A stretch of 64,000 bases of DNA from Prorocentrum cordatum (Eukaryota), in contig CAUYUJ010000317.1 of assembly GCA_963575745.1 (NCBI GenBank), positions 1-64,000 of the forward strand, read 5' to 3'. Numbering within the stretch: the stretch's first letter is position 1; each line of letters begins with the position of its first letter. Positions 1-11,690 of the stretch are shown here, piece by piece. Both the position numbers and the translations under genes were made by a program. A model generated the notes under the pieces. It was not told the origin of the DNA and did no database searches. It saw only the letters and a program-made list of their open reading frames with translations.

Positions 1-1850
1 CGACGCCAGCAGTACCGCGTCAACTACCACGACTGCGTCGACGACGGCTACGGCTCCTCCCACGACCACGACCACGCCTGCTCCCACGCCAACTACCACG
101 ACCTCCACTACGACCACGACCGGGGCCACGACCGCTACCACGGCGACATCGACCACCACCGACGACGGCTTCGCCGGCATCGGCTCCGACGGCGGCTTCG
201 GCACCACCTCCGACGGCGGCCCCCGCGCCGACGACTCCGACACGAGCTCCAGCCGCGACCCCGGGGCTGGTTCCGGCGGAGATGCCGATTGGCTTGGCGT
301 TGCTCACGACGTCTGCGGCGTTGGCTCCGAAAGCAATTCCGACGGCAGCATCGACGAGGCTTTTGACGCCTACCTCGACAGCGGCACCAGCGCCGGCTCC
401 GACAACGACACCGTCGGCGTCTCCGACGCCGGCTCCGACGGCAGCCCCACGGCCGTACAGGTCGACGCTCCCGACGCCAGCTCCGAGGGCGACACCAGCG
501 ACATCTTCGGAGGAGATTTTGACGCCAGTTCCGAGGGCGACCCCAGAGCCAGCTCGAGGGGCGACACCAGCGCCTACGCCGGCATGAACGCCAGCGCCGA
601 CACCAGCACCAGCGCCAGCATCGACGCCAGCGCCAACGCCCGCGCCTACGCCGACACCAACGCCAGAGCCTACGCCACCGTCGACGACACCACCGACGAC
701 AACGCCAACGCCCGCGCCTACGCCGGCATGAACGCCAGCGGCAGCACCAGCATCGACGCCAGCGCCAACGCTCGCGCCTACGCTGGCACCAACGCCAGAG
801 CCTACGCCACCGTCGAGAACAGCACCGACGACTGCACCAACGCCGGCGCCCACGCGGGCATGAATGCCAGCGCCTACACCAGCACCAGCGCCAGCATCGA
901 CGCCAGCGCCAACGCCCGCGCCTACGCCGACACCAACGCCAGAGCCTGCGCCACCGTCGACGACACCACCGACGACAGCAACAACGCCCGCGCCTACGCT
1001 GGCATGAATGCCAGCGCCTACACCAGCACCAGCGCCAGCATCGACGCCAGCGCCAACGCCCGCGCCTATGCCGGCACAAACGCCAGAGCCTACGCCACCA
1101 TCGACGACAGCACCGACGACAGCACCGACGCCCGCGCCTACGCTGGCATGAATGCCAGCGCCTACACCAGCACCAGCGCCAGCATCGACGCCAGCGCCAA
1201 CGCCCGCGCCTATGCCAGCACAAACGCCAGAGCCCACGCCACCGTCGACGACAGCACCGACGGCAGCACCAACGCCGGCGCCTACGCCGGCATGAACGCC
1301 AGCGCCTACGCCACCACCAGCGCCAGCATCGACGCCAGCACCAACGCCCGCGCCTACGCCGGCACCAACGTCAGAGCCTACGCCACCATCGACGACAGCA
1401 CCGACGACAGCACCAACGCCGGCGCCTCGGTCGGCATGAACGCCAGTGCCTACACCAGCACCAGCGCCAGCATCGACGCCAGCGCCAACGCCCGCGCCTA
1501 CGACAGCACCAACGCCAGAGCCTACGCCACTGTCCACGACAGCACGGGCGCGAGCACGACTACGACGACGAGTCCGAGCACGAACCAGTGCAAACAGCAC
1601 TACCAGCATCACCACGGGCATAACCAGTGCAATCAGCACGACCACACCCAGACGACCAGCACCAGCGACACGGGCAACCAGCACGACCACCTGTGCAACC
1701 AGCATGCCTACGACTGCCACGAGTACGAACACTACAGCGGCATCCACCGCCGATGCGGCGATTCCTACCACCAGCACCGGCTCGGCTCCCACGACTGCGA
1801 GGACCAGCTCCTGGGCGCTACACCAGAGCCCCCACGAGGCCACTACACTA
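1..1850 (+). repeat. Thr/Pro-codon-rich (mucin-like) low-complexity region with ~7 copies of a 144-bp tandem unit (581-~1550)
   Basis: GGCATGAA recurs at 581, 725, 857, 1001, 1145, 1289 and 1433 (period 144, once 132). The TPAPTP frame has a TGA in every unit, while the NASAYT frame stays open. Coding status is unresolved. Confidence 0.8.
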
Positions 1851-2459
1851 GTTCAGCCGAGCTTTACTTTCACCAGCACCTCCGCTCTTGCGCCGCATGC
1901 GCGTCGGGAGCGGCATGCACTTCTGCGTGCCCATGTGGATTCCCATTTCCCGACTCTCAATGGCCAGCGCGCTGCCTTTCGCATGGGGCCTCACTCGCTC
2001 TCGGTGGGGTGCACAGTATCCTCCAACGAGCCCCCGCGCTCCTCGCAGCTCTCCCAATCGTGGCTCCTTCGATCATGTTATGGGCTGTGACGGGGCAGGT
2101 CCTGAGCTCCACGCTCGGGGCGGCGCTTCCCGTCCCCGTGCACCCGGCGTTGCTCCTCGCCTCCGCCTGCGTGTCCCCAGCTTCTCTCGAGGTCGTCGTC
2201 TATGGGGCCATGGTGCACGGCGGACCCGCGCAGCGGGGCTCGGCAGCGATCTGTGCGACGGCTCTCGCTCACGACTTCCACGTCCGACGCCCCCTGCGCG
2301 AGGCTTTGACGCTGGCTTCCACGGCGGCCCTCAGCCCAGCGTGGTTCTGCCCAACGAGCCCCGCTGCTTGGGCCGGCCAGGTGGTCCTCCTCGTTCGGGC
2401 GGTCACCACGCCTGCTTTCCCCGCTTCGGATGGCATTTGCGCCACGTGCCAATGGGAGA

Positions 2460-5400
2460 CTAATCGGTGCACGTGCCGGCGGGGCGGTTCCCGCAGCCCT
2501 CAGCGTCCGAGCGCCGCGGCGGCTTCCTCTGCCTCTGCGGGCCCAGCGAGGCAGGAGGTCCACGTGAACAACACGTTTGTCGAGGCGGGGCCAGCGGTTC
2601 GCTCCCCTGGGCGATACCTCCGGCGCAACCGGACTGATGGGGATGAGCCGCTCCTGGTCGTGGGACTCGGCGGGTTGAATCTCGACCCTGCCAGGGACAT
2701 GCATGTGGACGCGGGGATTCCTTTGGAGGAACAGCGCCGGGCCGAGGCTCTCAACCGCCCCCCGGCCAGCGCTCCTGGGGAGGGCGCCCCGCCGCCCGCG
2801 GCTCCACAGGCAGCGCCGCCAGCAGGGCAAGAGATACCAGCCCCCCCTCCCCCGGCGCCCGATCCTGCCCACCAGCGCAGGGTTCGTGCCCGCGTCCGGG
2901 TGCACTGCCCCGTCCCTGGGTGCCCGCGCGGCGACGCCGCGTCCTCCGCCGGCTGGGGGGACCACCAAAGCATGCGCCCGCACCTGAACGAGCACGCCGC
3001 CGGGCGGTTCCCTGGGCTGCCACCAGTCCCGCCCGAGTACCTGCAAGAGCACCGGTTGGAGCAATGCTCGGTCTGCTAACGGTTCTTGTCGACGCGCTTC
3101 GGCAGCATCTGCCCGCGTTGCCGCCCTGCCGCGCGCGCGGCCGCAGCCGTGGCAGCCGCCGCTCCCGCCGCTGGCGGCCAACCGCACAGCGAGCCCGCGG
3201 GTCTCCCCTCCCTCCGGGAAGCTTTCTCCAAGCGCTCCACCACCAAGCGCTACGTCCCGAAGGGCGCCCGGGACCTCTGGGCACGGTGCTTAGTGCAGAC
3301 GGTGGCCCAGGCCGTGCACAACAACTCCGAGGCTGCGTGGACAGAGCTTGCGATGCTCCCGAAATGCGTCCTGCGCCCTCACACCCGTGGCGGCCGAGGC
3401 AGCAGGGCGGCCGGCGAAGCGCAGACCAAGGCGCTGTGCCGGCGCTGGCTGGACGGGGAGCGGGCCTCCCTGTGGGCCGAGGCAGTCGAGGCTCGCGCTG
3501 CCAAGCACGCCTCGCCAGCCTCCCAGCGAGCGGAGAGGTGCGTGCAGCTCGCCGCAGACGCCCAGTACTCCAAGAGCTGCTCGGCTCTGACCAGCGAGCC
3601 GCTCGTGGAGGTCACCCCCGACGTCGTTGAACAGATGAGCCGGAAGCACCCGCGCAGCCGCCAAGCCGTGGATCACGCCAGCCTTCCGGCTGTCCACGCG
3701 GCTGCTGCCCTGCAGATGGACGGGGACGCGGTCCGTAGGGAGGTGCGGGCCTTCCCCCGGGGCTCGGCCGCCGGGCCAACGGGCCTCCGACCCCAACACC
3801 TCAAAGACGCACTGCTCAACGCGGCCCTCAGGGACGAGGTCACCGACCAGCTCCGGAACCTTGTCAACCTCTGCGCCAGGGGGCAGGCCCCGCCGACCGT
3901 GTCCGAGTACTTCGCGGGCGCCTCTCTCGTGGCCCTGCCGAAGAAGGGCGGAGGCCTGCGCCCTGTTGCCGTCGGGGAGGTGCTCCGGCGCCTCGTCGGC
4001 AAGTGCCTCTGCCACGAGGTTGCCGACGCCGCGCGCGACCGACTGGCTCCCCTCCCGATCGGCGTCGCGGTCCCTGGCGGCACCGAGGCGGCGGTGCACG
4101 TCGCGCGCCAGTGGTGGACCCGCCACCTCGGGGACCGGGGAAAGGTGTTTGTGAAGCTGGACTTGTCCAACGCCTTCAACACCCTGGACAGGCAGGCTCT
4201 GCTCCGCGCGGTCCACGAAGAGTTTCCCGGGCTGGCACCCTGGGCCGACTGGTGCTACTCCCGCCCGTCAACTCTCTTCCTTGGCAAACAGACAGTCCGC
4301 TCCGAGTGCGGGGTGCAGCAGGGCAACCCCCTGGGGCCCCTACTGTTCTCCCTAGCACTACAGCGCGCCGCCGAGGCCGCCCTTCGCGCGCCGCGCCACG
4401 GCGCCGACGGCGCCGTCGACCTGAGTTCCTTCTACTTGGACGACGGCTGCCTCGCGGGCGACGCGCCGGCCGCCGCGCGCCTCCTCCACTTGCTCGTGGC
4501 CAGCCTTGCCGCGGTGGGCCTCCAGCTGAGCACCGGCCCGGGCAAGTGTGAGGTGGTCCCCACTGGCGGAGACGCCTCCGACGTGTCTCTGGACGGCTTC
4601 CCGCCGGGCTTCCGCCTCCGCACCGATCGCAGCTTCGAGCTGCTCGGCGCGCCAGTGGGAGACGCGGACTTCTGCGCGGAGCACACCAAGCAGCGGGTCG
4701 CGAGCGCCACCGACTTGCTGGAAGCTCTGGGGGAGCTCGAAAACGCGCAGGTCGCGCTGCACCTCCTGCGCCAGTGCGCCTCCTTCTGCAAGCTGGGCTA
4801 CCCCGCGCGCGTGGTGCCGCCCACCGCGCACGCCGCCTCCCTGCTGGCCATGGGCGACGCTGTCCGGGCCTGCCTTGAGCAACTGAGCGGCTGCTCGCCC
4901 TCCGACGCTTCTTGGCAGCAGGCTCAGCTAAAGCTCAGGAAGGGAGGACTTGGCCTGCGCTCTGCCGCGAAGCACGCCGCCGCCGCCTACATCGCTTCCA
5001 GAGCGAAGAGCACCGACCTCTGTCGGCAGCTCTACACCGGCTACTCCAACAACCCCGACCGCGACGGAGGTAGCCTGGCGGCTGCGGTGCAGGCCCACAA
5101 CGCAGTCGTGCGGGACGCCGACCGGGTGGTGTTCGACCACGCGCAGCACGGCAACCAGAAGGCCCTCTCCGACGCGGTGGACAGCGCCTCGCTCGACGGA
5201 CTTCTGGCGGGCTCCACCCTGGCCGGCAAGGCGCACCTCTCTCTGGTGCAGGCCCCAGGCGCGGCCGCGTGGCTCCAGGCGCCGCCCTGCGAGGCCACCG
5301 GCACCGCCTTCCCGCACGGCCTCATGCAGGTCGGCCTGCAGAGGCGGCTGCGAGTCCAGCTCCTGCAGGAGGAGTGCTTCTGCCCAGCCTGTGGCGAGGT

Positions 5401-6680
5401 GATGGACGTTTTCTGCGACCACGCCCTGGTCCGCGCCTGCCGCGGCGACCGGACCAAACGCCACAACGCCCTGCGCAACCAGGCCTTCTTCGACGCCCTG
5501 GCCGCCGGCCACGCCGGGGCGGAGTTGGAGCGCCCGGGGCTGCCACCCGCGCGCCCCGCCGGGGAGGCCACCCCCGGGGGCGAGCAGGGCGGGTCCCAGG
5601 TGGACGACAACGGCCGCCGCCCTGCCGACGTCTACCTGCCGCGGTGGCGCAACGGCACGGCGGCCGCCTGGGACTTTGCCGCCACGTCAGGGTTGCGCGC
5701 CGATCTCCTCGCCGCGTCGGCCGCTTCGTCAAGCGCAGCGACGGAGCGGTACGAGGAGTTCAAAAGGCAGCACCAGGACACCGCGCGGCTCTGCGCAGCA
5801 CCGGGCTTCACTTTCCTCCCCATGGTGGTGGAAGCCCACGGCGGCGGGTGGGGCCGCGAGGCACGCAGGGCCTTCGGGGTCCTGGCCAAGCGGGTGGCTG
5901 ACGCCACGGGGGAAGACGCCGCACTGGTTGCGGACCACCATGCCCAGCGACTTTCCGTCTCCCTGCACAGGGAGAACGCGCGGGCGGTGTTGCGGCGCCT
6001 TCAGACCCTGTCTGGAGGGGCGGGGGTGGCAGCGGCCCGCCTGGCCGCGGCCACGGCGGCCTCCACGGCAGACGCCGTGTGAGGTGCCCCCTGCGCTGCC
6101 TAGCGCACCCCGCCCCCCCCCCCCCGCCCTTGCTGGGCAGCGCGGGCGCCCCCCTCGCCCTTTCGCCAACGTCGCGCCGGCGACCCCTCCCACGCGCCGC
6201 CCGGCCTTTCCCCGGCGGGGCGGTGGATGGATCCCGCAGAGGGCAATCCCACCAAGCCGCATCGCGCTGGGTTCGGGCGGCCACCCCGCCCAGGTCGCCG
6301 CCGTAGGGTCCGCAGCCTCGTCGCGGGCGGCTCTTCTCTCCCGGCCCCTGGCCCGGCCTGTCTGCTTGCGGCCGCTGTTTTCTCTCCTCCTTGTCCTCCT
6401 CCCCCTCCTCCCCTTCCCTTCGCTTCTGCTCGTTGCTTCCCTCCCTTTCCTTTCCTCCTGCTCCCTGCCTGCTGTCTCCGTCTGGCCCGTCTTCTGCCTG
6501 CCCGCCCGCCCCGCCGGCCCTGGCCTCCCGCCTGGGCGTTCGTCGTCGTCTGCCTGCTTCTCCCCTCCTCGTCCCCTTCCGCCGGGCAGCACAGCCTGCC
6601 CGGAACCAGCGTGGCGGCATAGAATCGCGGATCTCCGCCGCCGAACGAGGCGGCGCCGGCCGCCATTGTATCTTGGGTTC
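2460..6680 (+). mobile_element. Non-LTR retrotransposon, CRE-like clade (single ORF: Zn fingers-RT-CCHC-restriction-like endonuclease); ends approximate
   Basis: The domain order is typical of RLE-type LINEs. A GC/pyrimidine-rich 3' UTR follows the stop at 6082. No TSD or poly(A) tail was identified. Confidence 0.85.
2699..6082 (+). pseudogene. RT/RLE polyprotein of the CRE-like element, interrupted by an in-frame TAA at 3077-3079
   Basis: C2H2 finger CPVPGC...HLNEH (~2906-2995); CSVC*RFLSTRFGSICPRC. RT motifs: GSAAGPTGLR, LPKKGGGLRPVAVGEVLRRL, KLDLSNAFN, GVQQGNPLGP (~4310), FYLDD (YLDD 4433-4444). Also LRKGGLGL, CPAC..DHAL knuckle (5381), RHN, RPAD..WDF (5618), YEEFK and PMVVEAHGGGW. ORFs 584..3079 and 3086..6082 are in the same frame. 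The start codon is uncertain. Confidence 0.88.
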
Positions 6681-7184
6681 AGATGGTTTTGCTAGCAGCG
6701 GTCTCCTTGCCCTTGCCAGAGGTCCGTGGCGTCGCAACACCACGGCGCGGGACCAGGGGCGCCCCAGGGATCCGGCGGCCCGGCGCGGTGCGCCCAAGCG
6801 CAGAAGCACCTGGCGGCTCGGGGTTTTGTCTGTGCATCTACTTATACCTGCACACGCAAGACTGCTTTGGCAATTGTTCCATGCACCGTGGCCCGAGAAG
6901 GCCGTCACAGGTGACGCAATCCACGCCTCCTTTCCTGCCAACGCGTCCACCTGGACGCAAGGCTTCTGTCTGTCCGTCGGACCCCCGCGGCCCATCGAGT
7001 TGCCTGCGCCGTCGATCCGCGAGAGTGTAGGGCCCAGGCTTCGCCGCCGAGTGAGGTGGGGTGGACGAGGAAGAGGCTTCCAGGAGGGAAGGCTGAGCAG
7101 CGCCCTCCAAAGGACGGCCACCACGAGCACCAGGTATAGAGCAAGAAAAACCGGCATCAAACATGGCAAGAAAAAACGGCAATA

Positions 7185-7339
7185 GAAGGCCACGTGCGAA
7201 CCCTGCCCCTACCCCCCACGATTTCTGAGGGGAAGGTGGGGTCCACTTCGCTCGGCTCGGGAGCTCCCGAACGAGGAGAACCCCACCCTCCCCCTCAGGA
7301 ATCGTGGGGGGTTAGGGGTAGGGTTCGCAGGTGGCCCCC
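7185..7339. mobile_element. MITE-like hairpin element with ~55-bp terminal inverted repeats and TA flanks
   Basis: GGCCACGTGCGAACCCTGCCCCTACCCCCCACGATTTCTGAGGGG...CCCCTCAGGAATCGTGGGGGGTTAGGGGTAGGGTTCGCAGGTGGCC; TA at 7183-7184 and 7340-7341. Confidence 0.8.
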
Positions 7340-8239
7340 TACGGCACAAGCATAAACTGTCGGATGCCCGCGCGGAGTTCTTGGAGCGGGGCTAGACCCC
7401 CCCCTCCCTGGCGCCCGGAGCGCGCCCGGGGCGCCGCCGGCGGCGCCGCCAGGGGAGGCCCCCCAACGTTGCCCCCCCGGCTTTCGGGTCGTAGCTCGGC
7501 TCTCCGGCGGCCGCTCGGGACAGTGCGGCCACCCCGGCAAGGCTCCTCGACACGGCGCAGCTGCCGGAGAGCACCCCGAGGCTGGAAAACCGTCGAGGGC
7601 CGACGGGCACGCCCGAAGACCTCGAACACCGAAAATCTCCCTCGGGCCTCGAAGGCCTTGAACTCCAACGACCATCATCTCTCCCACCTCGTCCCACCCC
7701 GACCTGCTGGTCTTCACCGGGGTCGCGTGCGGGCGCCACAGCGCGCTGCCGCGCACCTGGGGGAGGCTTCGGGCCGGGCGGTGCCGTCATCTCCCAGTGT
7801 CCACGCCCATGCCCGCCTCACACCAGCCCTCGGCGGCGAGCCCAGGAGGGAAGTTTGGGAGTCTCGGGTTCGAGGTGCGAGGTTTCCGGGCAATCGTCGG
7901 TTCTCGGCAAATGTCCAGCCTCGGGATGCGTTCCAGCGGCTGCGCCTCGGCGAGGGCGTTCCAAAGGTGCCAGGATCGTCCCGAGCGACAGCTGGAGACC
8001 CGAGTGAAGACCAAAGCCAGACTCGGCGGCGCGCCCAGGGGACGTGAGAGGGGGCAGGCCTTCTCGAGCGGCGGCGTGGCTTCTCGGAAGCCCTCGCGCC
8101 CTTCTGAGAAGCCGTCGGTGGCCTGGGAGACGGCTCACAGTGCTTCTCCGAGGGTAGCAAGGGTGGCGGGGAAGACCCGGCTTCCCCCTCCCGACCCTCC
8201 CGCTCACCCCCATCCGTCCCCCTCCCGCCTCCGTGGAGG

Positions 8240-8474
8240 CTATATAGAGAGTGGAGTCCAGATCGGCATGCACCGTGGGAGTCGCTGGAGAGTCGCGCCA
8301 GTGCGCGACTGGAAGACCCCCAGGGCACCGGCCATCCTGGTCCTCCCTCTCTCGGGGCAGGGGGATGAAAGGGGGAGAAGTGGAGGGTGAGCGGGAATTG
8401 GGGGAGAGGGCGGGGATGAGGGAGTGGGAGAGGAGAGGGATTGGGAGGGGAAAGGGAGAGGGATTAAAGGGGTG

Positions 8475-8545
<71 letters not shown>

Positions 8546-8700
8546 ACGACGAACGACGGACGACGGACGACGACGACGACGACGACGACGACGACAACGA
8601 CGGCGACGGCGACGACGACGGCGGCGGCGACGACGACGACGGCGACGACGACGGCGATGACGACAGACGACGGACGACGGACGACGGACGACGGACGACG

Positions 8701-8738
<38 letters not shown>

Positions 8739-8745
8739 CGACGGC

Positions 8746-8778
<33 letters not shown>

Positions 8779-11690
8779 AGCGAAGGTGAGGGCGAGGTGG
8801 AATGGAGGGAGAACGCGCGGAGGGAGAAGAGAGAAAGGGGGGAGCAGCAGCGGCCAGGAGCAAGATCGGCATCGAGCGGGAGGGAGGGAGCGTCCAGGGG
8901 GGGGGCGCCCGAGAGGTGGGCTCGCCGCTCGGGGCCCGAGGCACGCGCGCGGCATCCGGGAGGGGCGGGGGGGCCAAGGTGCGCGTCGAAACGGGGAGGT
9001 GGGGGACCACAGAGCCCGGGCAGACATCAGCGCCCCCGGCCACGACACCTCTCCGCCGCCCCCGCCTTCGGCGCGCAGCGGGGGGGGGGGCCCCGGGCAC
9101 CGGGGACGGGGTGCGGTCGTGGGCCGCGCCGCCGTCCGCCCTCGCGCCGCCCTGGCGCCTGGCACTGCCCGTGGACATGTGGGCTGCCGTGTGTTGCACA
9201 CGGGCCAATTCTCTCCGCCGCCCGCGAGGAGCTGCTGTGCAAATTCTGGGGAGCGCCCCGCCGGCCTCGGCGGATGCTTTGGGCCAGGTGTCTGCCGCGG
9301 ACGCAGGAGGAGGGGGAAGAGGAGGAGGAGGAAGAGCTGGAGGAGGAGGAGGAGGAGGAGAAGGAGGAGGAGAAGGAGGAGGCGGAGGCGGAGGCGGCGG
9401 CGGAGGCGGCGGCGGCGGCGGCGGAGGAGGAGCAGGAGGAGGAGGACGAGGGGGAGGCGGAGGCGGCGGCAGAGGAGGAGGAGAAGGAGGAAGAGGAGGA
9501 GGAGGAGGAGGAGGAGGAGGAGGAGGAGGAGAAGGAGGAGGAGGAGGAGGAGGAGGAAGAGGAGGCGGAGGTAGAGGAGGAGGAGGAGGAGGAGGAGCAG
9601 GAGCAGGAGGAGAAGGAGGAGGGAAGCGCCGCGTGGGGCATGAGGGGCGCCGGCGCCGACGGGAGCAGGCAGTCGTGGAGAGCGGCGGGGATCAGGGGTG
9701 GAAGGGGTCGAGGGGCGAGGGGGCAGACGAGCAGACAGGAAGCGAGGGCGAGGGCTGCCAGACCGGCTGTCGCCGCGTCGCTGCCGCCCTCACGGGCCGT
9801 GAAGTCGTGCTGCTCGAGCGGTGCCGCCGGTCTCGGCCATGCGGCCAGGGCCTCTGCCGCTCGGCCGCCCTGTCGCAGCGGCAGTGGCGCCGCTTTGCGC
9901 CAGAGCGATGGTGCACGAAGGGGCCCCAGGACACACGAATAAGTACGCACAAATCCCAGGATTCCCCATAGTTTCCCGCGCTTTCTGGAATCTCGTCTCC
10001 CCCCCCGCCACTTCCCATATTCCCCCACATCTTCCTGGGAGTCGATGATGAAGTGTGTCTCTGTGTGTGTTTTTTCTCCCTCCTGAGTTTAGTGCTCCGG
10101 CCCATTCTGGTGTTCGGTACACTTGCCCTGTCCCCGGGGCTTCACAAGAAAGGTCTATACTCAGGTCGGGCATGTCCCACTACAGGCGGAATTTGGAGGA
10201 AGAATAAGAAATAGTCAGAAGATACCCCACAATGGCCAAAAATAGTCAAAAAGTCATGCCCAGACTATTTTTTGACTATTTTTGAATATTCCTCCTGTAG
10301 AGGGACAGGCCCGACTTAAACTTGTGCGACACACGACGCCCACTAACCAAACACGCCGGGCCTCTGGAGGGCCCAAGGGGGACTCCAGACGGTTCAAGCT
10401 GGCCTCAGTAACTATTGCCCCAAGCAGGCCAGAGATGGTCTCCAGACGTGCCAACGATGGGACGCACAGAAACATACTAGTACTATATGTCTTCCTCGGA
10501 GGCGCGCGTCCGACCCGAACATATAGTAGATCCATCTTGAAGTAGACCGTTTCTCGAGCGGTGTGGCCAGAAAGCGCCCGCCACGACGCAAATACTATAA
10601 GATTTCTCGGTGCGCGCGTCGCCCCTGGGAGGGAGACGCACACATAATATAGTCCTAGTATGTTGGGGGGACGCCGAAACGAGGCCTCCGAGCCGCCCCA
10701 AGAAAGCCGCGTAGACATAACGTCTTGGAGGTCTGTGCGGGCTTCGTGGATCGGCACTCAAAAACGCCCGCCCTCCTCCCTGCCGCGCGGAGCACGAGGC
10801 GCCGCCAAGAGGGGGGGGGGGGCAGCGCCCAAGAAAGCCGTGCGGAGTTCAGAGAAAACATGTTTTTGCCGTGTTTTGCGGCTCGGTTCCCCCTGTCCTA
10901 TGACTTGGACGCCCGAACTGTAGGTACGGGGAAGTGGGCACGATGCCCAACACACACTGTCCTACAGAACAGGCAGCGGCCGCTGCTGGGCAGGCGGCCT
11001 CCCGTCTCGCATGGGCAGCGTCCGCGGAGACACCGACGGCGAGTCCCGCTCAAAATGAACAGGAACTGCTGTCGGCCCTCGCACAGGCCTTTTTGGCTCT
11101 ATATCAGAGTGTATCAGATGAGACGGCTTTAGGTACGTCCAAGAGTAATCGACGACTTGCAGAAACGCAGTCTGCTCTACGTTTCATCGAACGGGGACCG
11201 TTCAACGCTGAACGAGCGGCCACTGCCCACGCGTCAGACCGTTCAACCTCGACCGAGAGGGCCTCCTCCGAAGGCGGCGGGGCTTCTCGGAAGCCCTCCG
11301 GCCCTCGGAGGAGTCTCGGGGAAATTTCCGGAGCGCCGGGGGGGCCTCCAAGCCTTCTGAGAAGGCCTTCTCCTTCTCACGTTCCCCCTCGCTCGCCACC
11401 GAAATACGTAAGGTAATCGTCGTCGTCGTAATCGACGCCGTCGTCGTCGTCGTAATCGTCGTCGTCGTAATCGTCGTCGTCGTCCGTCGTCGTCGTCCGT
11501 CGTCGTCGTCGTCCGTCGTCGTCGTCGTCCCAAGACGGCCCAAGAGGCCACCAAGACGGCGCAAGAGAGCGGAGGCCTCTGGCCGGTGCTGCACCAGCTC
11601 TTTCCATCTGTGGGGCTGCTGAGGGCCAGACCGGGCCTCCGCCTGTGCTCGCACTGCGGCAAGCATCCACGACTCCATGGGTGGCAGTGC
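8240..11690 (-). CDS. Possible 3' exons of a hypothetical protein (11577-11690, 9788-9869, 9159-9291, 8240-8336)
   Basis: Four islands of unique sequence between repeats have AG acceptors and GC donors with compatible phases (0-0, 0-1, 1-2, 2-stop TAG), giving ALPPMESWMLAAVR...RPE/GGRAAE.../DTWPKAS.../RMAGALGVFQ...PLSI*. No homology was recognised. Further upstream exons may lie near 13.1, 28.3, 32, 35.2 and 36.4-37.6 kb. Confidence 0.3.
8475..8780. repeat. (GAC)n microsatellite
   Basis: Direct inspection. (GAG)n/(CCT)n tracts also occur at ~9305-9620, 12515-12630, 12840-12930, 31030-31345, 32980-33370 and 47210-47440. Confidence 0.95.
10161..10318. mobile_element. MITE family A (~30-bp TIR AGTCGGGC[A/C]TGTCCCTCTACAGG[A/C]GGA)
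   Basis: Left end AGGTCGGGCATGTCCCACTACAGGCGGAAT; right end ATTCCTCCTGTAGAGGGACAGGCCCGACTTA. Other copies: 29134-29639, 29721-29886, 42737-42908, 61189-61336, and a left end at 28983. Confidence 0.8.

Noticed and set aside
20..1843. 607-aa Gly/Val/Ala ORF on -
   Set aside because: It is the antisense reading of the Thr/Pro repeat and has no domain signal.
6690..7193. Signal-anchor-like ORF (MAFYCRFFLPCLMPVFLALYLVLVVAVLW) on -
   Set aside because: Its start lies inside the MITE and it runs into the retroelement 3' UTR. No recognisable homology.
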